A stretch of DNA of 64,000 nucleotides from contig OZ242351.1 in the NCBI GenBank assembly GCA_965208675.1, forward strand, positions 704,001-768,000. Reading direction: 5' to 3'. Of the stretch, positions 43,272 through 53,167 are shown piece after piece. The DNA is from Candidatus Poribacteria bacterium (GTDB lineage Bacteria > Poribacteria > WGA-4E > PCPOR2b). The first letter of the stretch is position 1, and each line of letters opens with the position of its first letter. The translations under genes were made by a program, and so were the position numbers. Under the pieces are notes generated by a model. That model saw only the letters and a program-made list of their open reading frames with translations, was not told the origin of the DNA and searched no databases.

Positions 43272-43373
43272 ATTTTAGCCTCAAGTCGTCCTTCTGTCAA
43301 TCCTGTTATGCAGAGTTGTTTACGCTGTAAACGATAGAAATGCTTGACAGACAGGCGATATAGAAACTAAAAT
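43272..43373. promoter_or_regulatory. Divergent sigma70 promoters
   Basis: Minus strand TTGACA-17-TAAAAT (43272-43300); plus strand TTGACA-18-TAAAAT (43344-43373). Confidence 0.65.
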
Positions 43374-43590
43374 TTGGTGAATGCGAATGCGTTCAGAAAG
43401 ATAGGCTGACCCAAGCAAATTCTAGCGTTCGATTCATTATCTCCACGGCATAATGACATTCAAATTACTCAGAGAGGGATAATGGCAATTTGGGTTGTAA
43501 TTAATCGTGTATTCTCCGGGAATTCCCCCTGTACCTGGAATTGTCAACAAAGGAGCGTGGGTTTAATTTACTAACAAAAAGGTAACCAAT

Positions 43591-44334
43591 ATGATACCTA
43601 CACCTGTCCTAGTGTCTTGGTCTTCAGGTAAAGACTCCGCATGGGCGCTCTACACGCTGCGCAAGCAGCCAGAACGTTATGACGTACGCGGAATATTTAC
43701 TACGATAACTAAGACATTTGATAGGGTTTCAATTCATTCTACACCATCGTGGATTTTAGAGCAGCAAGCCCAGAGATTAGACTTGCCACTGTACGAGATT
43801 CCTATCCCCTATCCCTGCTCTGACTCACAGTATGAGTCTGCTATGAGAGCGTTCCTTAATCAAATTCAGGAACTGCCCGCGGATATCGCCGCGTCACATC
43901 TTGCATTTGGAGACCTCTTCCTTGAGGACATTCGGAAGTATCGTGAGGAAAAATTGGTCGGGACGGGCTTCACACCGATTTTCCCGGTATGGGGGCAAGA
44001 CACCACATTACTTGCTCGAAGGATGATTGGGTCGGGAATGCGGGCGATTGTTACTGCGCTTAATCCAACCATGATACCAGCAGAATTCGCCGGCAAATGG
44101 TTCGATTCCAACTTTTTAGCGGACTTACCGGAGGAAGTAGACCCGCTGGGCGAGAACGGAGAGTTTCATACGTGTGTCGTTGATGGTCCGATGTTCAGCA
44201 GCGCTATTGCAGCCAAACCCGGAAGAATTGTAGAGCGAAAAATTGCCGCCGCTTCAAATGAAGGTGATGACCTAGACAACGCCGAAAATGTCTCCCCGGC
44301 GTACGTTTACGCTGACGTAGTTCCATTGACCTGA
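43591..44334 (+). CDS. PP-loop ATP pyrophosphatase (diphthamide synthase/MJ0570-like)
   Basis: SWSSGKDS, FGDLFLED, DPLGENGEFHT. Confidence 0.9.
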   Translation: MIPTPVLVSWSSGKDSAWALYTLRKQPERYDVRGIFTTITKTFDRVSIHSTPSWILEQQAQRLDLPLYEIPIPYPCSDSQYESAMRAFLNQIQELPADIAASHLAFGDLFLEDIRKYREEKLVGTGFTPIFPVWGQDTTLLARRMIGSGMRAIVTALNPTMIPAEFAGKWFDSNFLADLPEEVDPLGENGEFHTCVVDGPMFSSAIAAKPGRIVERKIAAASNEGDDLDNAENVSPAYVYADVVPLT

Positions 44335-44486
44335 GGCTTTCCTACAAACTGCCGAAACGGACAGCCTTAGCCCATCACTGATTTGTTGTTGTGTCCATCA
44401 ATTTCGAAGTATTGGCAGTTGAGCTAATAAAAACGGCTCCGTACTAGGTTGACTTGTCGTACTGGAGTTACTTTAGGTTATCTGCT

Positions 44487-45191
44487 TCACTCGAACTTGA
44501 TCTTACTTCTTTTGTAGGAACCATCACTCGCGATCTCTGTGATTATCTCTATTCCATTCTCTAAACCGCCAATTCTTGATACAACCCAGACAACGTCCTT
44601 CTCTTTAGTGTAACCCGTTTGATACTTATCAATCTTAAAAACATGGATGAAATCCTCTGCACATCCTCGTTCAGCGGGGAAAGGCACGTACTTGTGAGTC
44701 TGGTCTTTCATGTGTATGAACCCGTAACCATCTATCATTCCCTCGTCAGCCATTTTGATTACGACCCAGTTCTTCGAGAACAAGATGTGCCAACCGCTAT
44801 ACATTCCCATATCGTTGTCTATCACAAACTTTTTGTTTCCTTTCCTATCGTAAACCTCGATTTCCCTTCCATTAATCGGGGGCACATGGGCTCTGTCTGG
44901 ATAGTCCCCGTTTCTGTAAATGAGGAGATATTCAGGTTTGTACGCTCTTTGGTCATAGAACACCTCGTCCTTGATATACCCGCGTCTGTTTTCGATCGGT
45001 GTTTCGGGTCGCATATCTTCATATGGTGTTTCAGGTTTAAGCGATAGTGTTTTGACTACCTTGCCATTTTCCTTAAAAATTACTTGGTTGTCTTCTACCT
45101 CAAATGTAGATTTTTCTGTGTAACTGTGAACGCCTAGCGTAAAAATTGTGAACAATACAGCCGCTACAAGAGCCAGCGTAATTAGTCGCAT
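44487..45191 (-). CDS. Hypothetical exported protein
   Basis: Signal-like MRLITLALVAAVLF after AGGAGGAG; beta-rich soluble remainder. Confidence 0.6.
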   Translation of the reverse strand: MRLITLALVAAVLFTIFTLGVHSYTEKSTFEVEDNQVIFKENGKVVKTLSLKPETPYEDMRPETPIENRRGYIKDEVFYDQRAYKPEYLLIYRNGDYPDRAHVPPINGREIEVYDRKGNKKFVIDNDMGMYSGWHILFSKNWVVIKMADEGMIDGYGFIHMKDQTHKYVPFPAERGCAEDFIHVFKIDKYQTGYTKEKDVVWVVSRIGGLENGIEIITEIASDGSYKRSKIKFE

Positions 45192-45368
45192 GTGCAAACC
45201 TCTCCTCCTTCTAACCGGCAATTGGATGGTTAAAATTCTGCCTACTGGGTCGATTTTCTTTGCCTTGTCTTAACGCAATGGCGACATGCCAATTTTTGGT
45301 TGCTAAAGTTTTATTTTTTTGATTGGACTCTCGTTCACGGGACAGTGGGCAGGGAATGCTAGACAAAT

Positions 45369-47249
45369 TCAATTGCATGGGTTTATTACAGTCGACAATG
45401 TTTCAATGAGTTCATCAAGGTACACGTGCCGAAAGAACTCTGAAAGCCGCTTCTGCCTCGGTTTAATCGGGAGCAAAATAAAGTCTGCGCGGTAAACTTG
45501 GATGGATTCAAATACCATGCGGTAGGCGTGACTCGTGGCGTAGCCAACAACCAGCGCATAATTGTCGCCGTGTTTGTCGAGATAGGCGTTGAACCGATCG
45601 ACGCCCAACTGGATTTGCGAGATGTTTCTGGGGGACAACTGGAAATCGTAGCGCACGACGGGTTCTTCAGTTTCAAATTCTTCAGGTACTGGCCCGTAAA
45701 GCCCCGAAAGCGTAACCTTGTGAATCTCCTGTTGATTCTCTCCAAAAGCCGCTTTAAGCTTGGTATTGATGATAGCGTGCGTGCGGGACAGTGAATACGG
45801 CTTTTTCCCCGCACAGGGTATTGCCAATAGCACCTTCTTGTCCCTCGGCGGCACATAACTATCTGGAATGACAAAGGAATCTGGCGTGTAATCCAGCGAG
45901 AGGTTTGTCACTTCTTCTCGAGTGGCTGGGAATAGTTCCAGTTGATTCGGGTTTCTCCTACCCGCACGCCGGTTTACCGAGGCGGGGACTGCCGCAATCG
46001 TTCTTGCCATCCGGCTGGTAAATGATTCATCGTTAGCCATCAACCAGTCGATAGCCGCACGGATGCCGCGGCCAGATGAAGCATGCCGGCACAATTCTTC
46101 TAGCGCATCATCGGCTTCAATAGCTCGTTTCATGCGAGACAGCAGTTCTGCTTCCAACTCGAAATTATGTAAGGCAATTGCCGCGTAATATTCGCTCTTA
46201 TATTTTCCGGTCGAGGTCCGTTTATAGCTTGCCGCTTCCATTAAGGCGCCCTGCATCTCATCAAGCGAAACCTCGCTGCATATTCGGCAGGTACAAGTTA
46301 GCTCATCCAACTCCATTAGTTTTCGCTTTGCTCGGGTCAATGGATCCGCATAGTTGAGGCCGCGCGCCGCCTGAATATAACTAGTGCTGTCAAAGCTATC
46401 AATCCCCATGTATGCCAGGATAGGCGCGAGTTCGCCTGAGACCCCAAAAGCGTGGATGGGCGTATGTTGGCGTGCTGAATCCGGAATCGCCCTTTGAACC
46501 CCGCAGATTCGTTCTAGCACCTCCGAATCCTGCTTCCCGCGCAGCGGCACTAAGGAGCCAATCGCAAGCCCGAACGCGGGCAGCACGCCCATAAGACGGT
46601 CAAAAACCCTTTTGACATAATCTTCAATATCCGACTGCGACTGCCCATGGCAGCAAACGTATAAAAAGGGCGGTTGCGCTTTGGTTGAGAGCAAAGTTGC
46701 CACACGGCAGGCGTTCTCCAAACTGAGGCTCATCCGTTTTTCGGCTTCGGAGCGTTCTAGCCCCGGCGGTAACGGATAGTCTAAGGAAGCGAAGATTTCT
46801 CCGCCAACGTCCTCTTGGAGCGCAAGGATATCATCGGCTTCGGTTTCCTTTTCAATACCAAATTCCGTTAAGTCTAACCCCGTGCTGTAAAGCAACTTAA
46901 ATCCGCCGGAGTCAAGAAACAGCGGGGCATTGTAGGCACCGTTTACCTCTTGGTACCATTCACGAATGGTTTTGGTGCGCCACTTCGTTAAGATTTTCCC
47001 ATTGATCGGGAAGTCCAGAAAGTGGAGGACTTGTGATAACATCGGCGTGTCACGTTTCATAAAATCGCGGAGCAGATATTTCCAGAGACCTCCGCCACGT
47101 GGAGTTGAGCCGGTCATAAATGAAACCACCGGATACAAAATCGGTGTTGACAGTGGTGATAAAACTTCGCCATTCCGTCGCAATCGAAGTTCGCCAATTC
47201 TGCCGTTTTTTCTTTGAACACTCGTATGGTACGTTGGGATTGTGGTCAT
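45369..47249 (-). CDS. Archaeosine-TGT-like transglycosylase fused to a DUF5591/ArcS-like domain
   Basis: FLDSGGF, LDYP, AIGSLVP, PIHAFG, DSFDSTSY, CTCRIC...ALHN zinc site; C-terminal PCAGKKPYSLSRTH and SGLYGPVPEE. Confidence 0.85.
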   Translation of the reverse strand: MTTIPTYHTSVQRKNGRIGELRLRRNGEVLSPLSTPILYPVVSFMTGSTPRGGGLWKYLLRDFMKRDTPMLSQVLHFLDFPINGKILTKWRTKTIREWYQEVNGAYNAPLFLDSGGFKLLYSTGLDLTEFGIEKETEADDILALQEDVGGEIFASLDYPLPPGLERSEAEKRMSLSLENACRVATLLSTKAQPPFLYVCCHGQSQSDIEDYVKRVFDRLMGVLPAFGLAIGSLVPLRGKQDSEVLERICGVQRAIPDSARQHTPIHAFGVSGELAPILAYMGIDSFDSTSYIQAARGLNYADPLTRAKRKLMELDELTCTCRICSEVSLDEMQGALMEAASYKRTSTGKYKSEYYAAIALHNFELEAELLSRMKRAIEADDALEELCRHASSGRGIRAAIDWLMANDESFTSRMARTIAAVPASVNRRAGRRNPNQLELFPATREEVTNLSLDYTPDSFVIPDSYVPPRDKKVLLAIPCAGKKPYSLSRTHAIINTKLKAAFGENQQEIHKVTLSGLYGPVPEEFETEEPVVRYDFQLSPRNISQIQLGVDRFNAYLDKHGDNYALVVGYATSHAYRMVFESIQVYRADFILLPIKPRQKRLSEFFRHVYLDELIETLSTVINPCN

Positions 47250-47417
47250 GGTACAACGTTTTTTCCGTCGGTACGATTATGATTTAGGTATGCAGTAATA
47301 TTGACTAGAATCCAATCCATAGTCATTTAGGTTCAAATTTACACAAGGAGGAATCGGCTGATTGATAATCGAGGCTAGGAAGCCTCTCCCACAAACTAAT
47401 GAGCAAATGTACAATTT

Positions 47418-48572
47418 TTAGTCACAATGGCTATAAATTTCGGATTTATAACTTCCCTGTGCCATTGGGTTTGTACGTTCAGACGAACGGCAAAATGAAC
47501 TTCTTGACAAATGTGGCCTTTTTGTAGAACGTCCATCAGATAGCTCACCAAGGCGTTTTCGCGCAATCCCGATATACGATTCTTCTTTCTCAATCATCAC
47601 CCATTTTCGGTTATTTTTTTCTGCGGCGACTCCGGTCGTCCCGGTACCGGAAAACGGATCTAGAATAAGGTCACTTTCATTGGTTCCCGCCAGGACAAGC
47701 CGTTCAACGATTTGAAGAGGCTTTTGTGAAGGGTGTTTTCCATATCTTCTTTCCGACGGTTTAGTTAGCGGTATTTCCCACATGTTCCGCATCTGCTTAT
47801 TATTATTCATTGATTTCATTGTATGATAGTTGAACGTCCAATTCTTCGCCTTCTTACTTTCATTGTTGACTGCCCATAAAATGAACTCTGTCGACTCCGT
47901 GAACATCCTACAGGTAATATTCGGCTGTGCATTCGGTTTATACCAGACGATTTGGGTAATAATCCGGCGGTCAAAAATATTTTGCATAATAAACCCAAGC
48001 GTGAAGATACTGTGAAACGAACCGAAAACAAAGATATTTCCATTTCGCTTGACGACTCGTAGAATTTCGGTGACCCAATCGAGCGTGAACTGAACATATT
48101 CGTCTTTTGAAAAAATGTCCCAACCCTCCTGCATGGTAACATGGGAACTAAACGCCCACCCCAACCCTTTCTTTTGCGACATGTTGAACGGCGGGTCGGC
48201 AATGCAACAATCGAAGACGCTGTCCGGCATTGAAGGCAGGATGCTCAGGCAATCGCCGTGTAAAATTTGCTTTACAGAAAGATTCTCGGGTGAGGTATCG
48301 GAAGGTAAGATTAAATCCGAATCTAATGGCGTGAATTGTAATTGATTTTCTGACAGGACTGCGGGTTCGGCGCTGTCGTCCGGATTGAGATCGAGATTCG
48401 GGCGAGTTGGATGATCCCCCGTCGCAATATACTGAATCAGTTGGGCTTTATTCAAATACGAATATCTTTTTAATCCACGTTTTTTCGCCTCCTTTCTCAA
48501 ATCTCTGTCTCGCATTCGGTCGAAATTCATTGGATAGCCCTTTCTCAATTCCATGTCAACTAGTCGCGCCAA
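47418..48572 (-). CDS. Beta-class N4/N6 DNA methyltransferase (DpnA-like) with N-terminal Rho_N-like domain
   Basis: ADPPFN precedes HPSQKP and LDPFSGTGTT; N-terminal DLRKEAKKRGLKRYSYLNKAQLI. Confidence 0.9.
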   Translation of the reverse strand: MARLVDMELRKGYPMNFDRMRDRDLRKEAKKRGLKRYSYLNKAQLIQYIATGDHPTRPNLDLNPDDSAEPAVLSENQLQFTPLDSDLILPSDTSPENLSVKQILHGDCLSILPSMPDSVFDCCIADPPFNMSQKKGLGWAFSSHVTMQEGWDIFSKDEYVQFTLDWVTEILRVVKRNGNIFVFGSFHSIFTLGFIMQNIFDRRIITQIVWYKPNAQPNITCRMFTESTEFILWAVNNESKKAKNWTFNYHTMKSMNNNKQMRNMWEIPLTKPSERRYGKHPSQKPLQIVERLVLAGTNESDLILDPFSGTGTTGVAAEKNNRKWVMIEKEESYIGIARKRLGELSDGRSTKRPHLSRSSFCRSSERTNPMAQGSYKSEIYSHCD

Positions 48573-48672
48573 ACGGACAAATCTGCCAAGTCAAATAACA
48601 TGTGGAAAATGTCATCTTCAGAGATGTGTGTAAAAATATGACGTACAACTGAATCATAGGAAACCTTGGTAC

Positions 48673-48791
48673 TATAGTAACTACAACTAAAAATTACACA
48701 TATTAATCCGAATAAAAGAGGTGTCAACCTCCCTAGCCCCCCTTGTCAGGGGGGTATTTAATGTGTGTAAATATAAATGTAAATGGCTATA
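48673..48791. mobile_element. MITE-like element, copy 2
   Basis: Same ends as 24103-24253; central CCCCCCTTGTCAGGGGGG hairpin. Confidence 0.65.
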
Positions 48792-48890
48792 CTAGCTACG
48801 CGGTGTCAGCGAACTTGCGGGATGCGCACAAGTAAAGCCAACGGTCATGTTGCGGGGCGATAGGTGTCGTTAAGACGGCATGCTCGCCCT

Positions 48891-49700
48891 CTATCGTCTT
48901 ACTGACTGTGTCGGACTAAAGAACGGGGTTTTGAGCATGCCCCAGGCTGTCTGCCATTGAAATTCATCGAATTCAGATAGCCCTAGTTCAATGCTGCCCG
49001 GTTGCTCTTTCAATCGAACGGTTCTTGCGACTCGATCCCAGACTGAAAAGATGCTCGAATAGTTAGAGTCGGTTTCCGGCTGAAATCGGGAGTGATGCAC
49101 GCGGTGCATATTGGGAGAGACGATTAACGCTCGAAGGCAGCGATCGTATTTTTCAGGCAAGTTAACGTTGCTATGATGGAATTGAATCACCGGAAGCAGA
49201 ATCAGCTCGTACAGGATGACTTGCCACAAGTCTAGTCCTAACAAAGGGATTAGCCCAAGCCTCAAGATTGACGAGATAACCAGTTCGCCAGTGTGAAAAC
49301 GGGTGGCGGTCGTCACATCCATGTCGGGGTCGCTGTGATGCATACGATGGAAACGCCAAAGGAATGGAATAGCATGATTGGCGCGGTGCCACAAATACAT
49401 CCAGCCGTCAAACACTAGAATGGCAATTAACGTCTCTGCCCAGATAGGGAAATTCAAAGCGTGCAACAATCCGGCGCTGCGGTCATGGCTCCAGCCAGCA
49501 ACCGCGGCGGTCAAGCCGGCAAAGACCAGTCCGATAATCGCCGTGTTTATTATGGCAATCGACAGGTTGCGTCCAGCGTGCCGAACCCGATGTCGGCGTT
49601 CCCGGAACAGCGGCATCCAAGTTTCTACACACCAGAGAATCAGTAAAACAGCGATTCCCAATATCGTCTTGGTCCCACTAAGCGTCGCTGCGAAATCCAT
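48891..49700 (-). CDS. Sterol desaturase/fatty acid hydroxylase family protein
   Basis: HRANH, HRMHHS, FHHSN, HRVHHS histidine boxes. Confidence 0.92.
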   Translation of the reverse strand: MDFAATLSGTKTILGIAVLLILWCVETWMPLFRERRHRVRHAGRNLSIAIINTAIIGLVFAGLTAAVAGWSHDRSAGLLHALNFPIWAETLIAILVFDGWMYLWHRANHAIPFLWRFHRMHHSDPDMDVTTATRFHTGELVISSILRLGLIPLLGLDLWQVILYELILLPVIQFHHSNVNLPEKYDRCLRALIVSPNMHRVHHSRFQPETDSNYSSIFSVWDRVARTVRLKEQPGSIELGLSEFDEFQWQTAWGMLKTPFFSPTQSVRR

Positions 49701-49811
49701 TTTCCTACCCTAAGGTTGAGCCCAAGCCTGTGTGTGAGTGCTCGACGTTCTATTCGGTCATGTGATTCGTACCGAAGAGTACACCGCAATGAGTTGCGCC
49801 ATAACCTATAA

Positions 49812-51038
49812 TCACTCTCCAATCACAACGCCGTATTCGCCCACGACGGCGCCTCTGTGCTTGTCTTGATAGTGCATGTGCCGCTCTCCTACGATCGACT
49901 GTGTGCTCTGGACTTCGATAGTACCGAGAACATTTCCCATGGCGTTGTCGTCAACATCCCAACAGCAGAAGGGTTTAATAGTATTGTGAAGCTGTCTGAG
50001 TACATTTCCATGCCTATCACGAATCACGATGTTGACCATGGCATCAGCCTCATCGACGTTCAAGAAGCGAAACCAGTCATGCGCCCCGGTGTAGACTTCG
50101 GGAAAAAAGAGGTGGCGTCCGACATGTCCGCCCTCAGCCGATGCACCCGGGAGATCGACAATACTTGTGCCGCTGTGCATGTGGCGTTCCGCTGCGATGG
50201 ACTGGTCGCTCCGAGCTTCGAGGGAAGATTTTATTTTGATTGCATCCATATCTGGCGTCCAGCATTCAAACGAACTAAGTGTCTGTTCCGCCGACCACAC
50301 GGGGTTACCGGTGCCATCCTCTCTTGCTATGAGTGTAACTTTTGCCTCTTCCTGACCAACATTCACAACAATTGCCCAATCGTGCCAAGCTGGTCCAACT
50401 TCAGGGAAGTACAGTGTGGTTGGACCGTCCGAAATGACCTGCCCAAATTGACCGACCGAAGTTTGCCCCCCCTGATAGTGTAGATGCCGTTCACCAACAA
50501 CGGGTTGTGTGCTCTGCACTTCGACGGTTCCGACCACATTTCCCATGGTTTCCTCCGCGAGATCCCAAGTACAAAGCGGTGGAATCTGACGATGATGCTG
50601 TCTAATGACGTCTCCATTTCTGTTGCGGATTACCAGGTTCACTAGCGCTTCTGCTTCCCCAACATTCAAAAATCGAAACCAGTCTCGTGCGCCGGACACC
50701 AGTTCGGGAAAAAAAAGTCGTTGACCGACCGTTTCATATTCTTCGGCTGCGCCCACAAAATCCATAACATTGGTGCCGCCGTGCATATGCCGCTCTGCAA
50801 CAATCGGCTGGTCAGCCGTGAATTGCATGGAGGAATTCTCTCCAATTGCTTCAACATTGGGTGTCCAGCATTCAAACGCGTCAATTTCCTTTTCCTCGGA
50901 CCATATGGGCTGGCCATTCGCTGGATTCCTTGCAATTGCCAATACTTTTGTAGGCTCATTCCCGACATTGACTACCTGCACCCAATCTTCCCACGCGGGC
51001 CCGACTTCAGGGAAATAGAGTGTCGTTGCTCCTGGCAT
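49812..51038 (-). CDS. Four-repeat beta-domain protein of unknown function
   Basis: Four units L[YF]FPE...NV...ERH[ML]H in ABAB order. Confidence 0.75.
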   Translation of the reverse strand: MPGATTLYFPEVGPAWEDWVQVVNVGNEPTKVLAIARNPANGQPIWSEEKEIDAFECWTPNVEAIGENSSMQFTADQPIVAERHMHGGTNVMDFVGAAEEYETVGQRLFFPELVSGARDWFRFLNVGEAEALVNLVIRNRNGDVIRQHHRQIPPLCTWDLAEETMGNVVGTVEVQSTQPVVGERHLHYQGGQTSVGQFGQVISDGPTTLYFPEVGPAWHDWAIVVNVGQEEAKVTLIAREDGTGNPVWSAEQTLSSFECWTPDMDAIKIKSSLEARSDQSIAAERHMHSGTSIVDLPGASAEGGHVGRHLFFPEVYTGAHDWFRFLNVDEADAMVNIVIRDRHGNVLRQLHNTIKPFCCWDVDDNAMGNVLGTIEVQSTQSIVGERHMHYQDKHRGAVVGEYGVVIGE

Positions 51039-51113
51039 CGTTACATCTCCTAAAATTTAGATACACACTTTACCGATGTCTCGGCGTAGAACATCGTCAG
51101 CTAAACTTCACTC

Positions 51114-52076
51114 CTACCGAATGGCGATGGGGTTGCCCGGCGACCCGGTTGCACCTTTGAGCCTCAGCGGCGAAAAGACAAAAGCGAATTCGTAAACTTT
51201 GTCTCGCACCAAGTCCTCAGTAATCAGGTTTTCGAGATTGTAGATTCCGTTTTTCGGCAAGAACAGTTGGTGCACCGGAAACGACATGGATTCATCGGGA
51301 TTAGGAACCACCTCAATTGCCCAAGTATCGGCGCCCGCCATCACGATTTTCTGTTCGACCAAATATTCGCCTGCTTCCATGCCTATACCGGGTTCGGTTG
51401 TACCGTAGCGTTGGTTATCCGTCATCCAATATTTCCCCCAGCCGGTATGGAATAGAACGAAATCGCCCGGTTTGATTTCGGTGCCTTGACGTTCTAACGC
51501 GCCTTTCAAATCCGCCAGCGTGATTTCATAGCCGCCTTCCAAATGTTCGACGCCCTTGTAGCTTGCGATATCAATCAGAACACCCCGTGTGAAGAAGACG
51601 CCGACGTTTTCTACGCCGAGCTTAATCAATCCCCCGGGTTTTGCAAAGTCGTGTCGATTAAACCCGTTGTAGTAGAGATCTCCGATACCGACGTGTCCCA
51701 ATCCATCGAATTGCGTGCCAACCTGACCAATCTGGCCGCTGAAGATTTCGTCGTGTGACGTAAGCTGATTCTCGCCAGATGGGTCCGTTGTGTGCGGAAT
51801 CATGAGACTGTAGTGGCGTGTACCAACTAGCGGCATGCCAGCTTCGTAGACCCTTCCAAGCTGATAGATTTTCCCTTCATTGATTAAACTTACAGCCTCC
51901 AACACCTTTGCGGGGGTTATGCGGTTTGCCGCACCGCGCTGATCGTCAGGACCCCATTCCGATGGGTACCATTTTGATTCTTGGGTAATTGTCCATGTTG
52001 TCGTCAAAGCCATCAATAGTATCACCGTACCGGTGAGAACTACACGTTTAATTCGCTGTGTATGCCTGCTAGTCAT
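51114..52076 (-). CDS. Cyclase family (kynurenine formamidase-like) protein
   Basis: GTQFDGLGH, RGVLID, HTGW, GADT, GATGSP; N-terminal signal-like segment. Confidence 0.9.
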   Translation of the reverse strand: MTSRHTQRIKRVVLTGTVILLMALTTTWTITQESKWYPSEWGPDDQRGAANRITPAKVLEAVSLINEGKIYQLGRVYEAGMPLVGTRHYSLMIPHTTDPSGENQLTSHDEIFSGQIGQVGTQFDGLGHVGIGDLYYNGFNRHDFAKPGGLIKLGVENVGVFFTRGVLIDIASYKGVEHLEGGYEITLADLKGALERQGTEIKPGDFVLFHTGWGKYWMTDNQRYGTTEPGIGMEAGEYLVEQKIVMAGADTWAIEVVPNPDESMSFPVHQLFLPKNGIYNLENLITEDLVRDKVYEFAFVFSPLRLKGATGSPGNPIAIR

Positions 52077-52384
52077 TAGTTTCTCCTTGCGATTGCCGAC
52101 GTTTATGCGCTATAGCCAAACCGCGTTAGAAGGGATATTAACAAAAGGTGACGACTTGAAAGCGCTGCTTTCCCTACTTGAAACAAAGTTTAGCAGAATC
52201 AATAAGCTAATTCAAGAGAATTCATAGACACAGTACCACCTCATGGCAGAAAATTAAAGGCTTGACGCCCGCTTTTTTTCTCTGTATTATCTTCCTTTGG
52301 AAGGATCGAAGTATTGCCCGGTTAGATGGTTCGGCTGCTGAAAGAATTTTCATAGCGCCTTATGGGAAGGTAAAGTATATCTGC

Positions 52385-53167
52385 ATGCTCGTTGACTCAC
52401 ACGCTCACATTCAACTCGAAGCGTTCGCCGCAGACCGAAAGGAGGTATTGGAAAACGCACAAGAAGATGGCGTGCATTCCATCCTCACGATTGGATTCGA
52501 TGTGGAGACCAGCCGCGGCGCAATCAAGCTTGCCGAACAATATGAGCAAATCTTTGCGACTGTTGGCATGCATCCGCACGATGCGAAGGCATTCAATGAC
52601 GAAACGAGCAAAATATTTCGCAGTCTCGCCGACCACCCGAAAGTAATCGCGCTTGGCGAGATGGGGCTCGACTACTACCGAGATCTCTCGCCGCGTTCGA
52701 TTCAGAAAATAGCGTTCGAGCAGCAATTAGATCTTGCCGAAGATAAAAACCTGCCCGTCGTCATTCACAATCGAGAAGCCTACCACGACATCATCCCAAT
52801 TTTGCAAGCGAGGCGCGGGCGTATCCGCGGCGTAATGCACTGCTTTTCCGGAGAAGTCGAAACCATGCGGCAGAGTCTTGATCTCGGATTTTACATCGGA
52901 ATCGGAGGTCCCGTGACGTATCGTAAATCTCACGCATTACAGGTGGTAGCACGCGAGGTACCAGCCGATCGCCTTCTTGTGGAAACAGACTGTCCGTGGC
53001 TTACGCCCCAATTTCGGCGCGGCACACGCAATGAACCAGCCTATGTTCGTGCGGTAGCAGCAAAAATTGCCGAACTTCGCGGCGTAACGTTGGAAGACAT
53101 TGGGGCAATAACGACACGCAACTTTGGGATTCTGTTTGGGAGAAGCGTACAGGCCGGCACACGATGA
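52385..53167 (+). CDS. tatD: TatD family hydrolase
   Basis: DSHAH, GMHPH, GEMGLDY, HCFSG, ETDCP; start moved to ATG 52385. Confidence 0.93.
   Translation: MLVDSHAHIQLEAFAADRKEVLENAQEDGVHSILTIGFDVETSRGAIKLAEQYEQIFATVGMHPHDAKAFNDETSKIFRSLADHPKVIALGEMGLDYYRDLSPRSIQKIAFEQQLDLAEDKNLPVVIHNREAYHDIIPILQARRGRIRGVMHCFSGEVETMRQSLDLGFYIGIGGPVTYRKSHALQVVAREVPADRLLVETDCPWLTPQFRRGTRNEPAYVRAVAAKIAELRGVTLEDIGAITTRNFGILFGRSVQAGTR

Noticed and set aside
43591-44334. QueC partner for the TGT module
   Set aside because: Motifs match the diphthamide-synthase-like family (GENGEFHT), it lacks the QueC C-terminal zinc cysteines, and it is on the opposite strand
47396-47593. Frameshifted alternative C-terminus of the methyltransferase
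   Set aside because: All catalytic motifs are complete in the main frame and this ORF has no recognisable features
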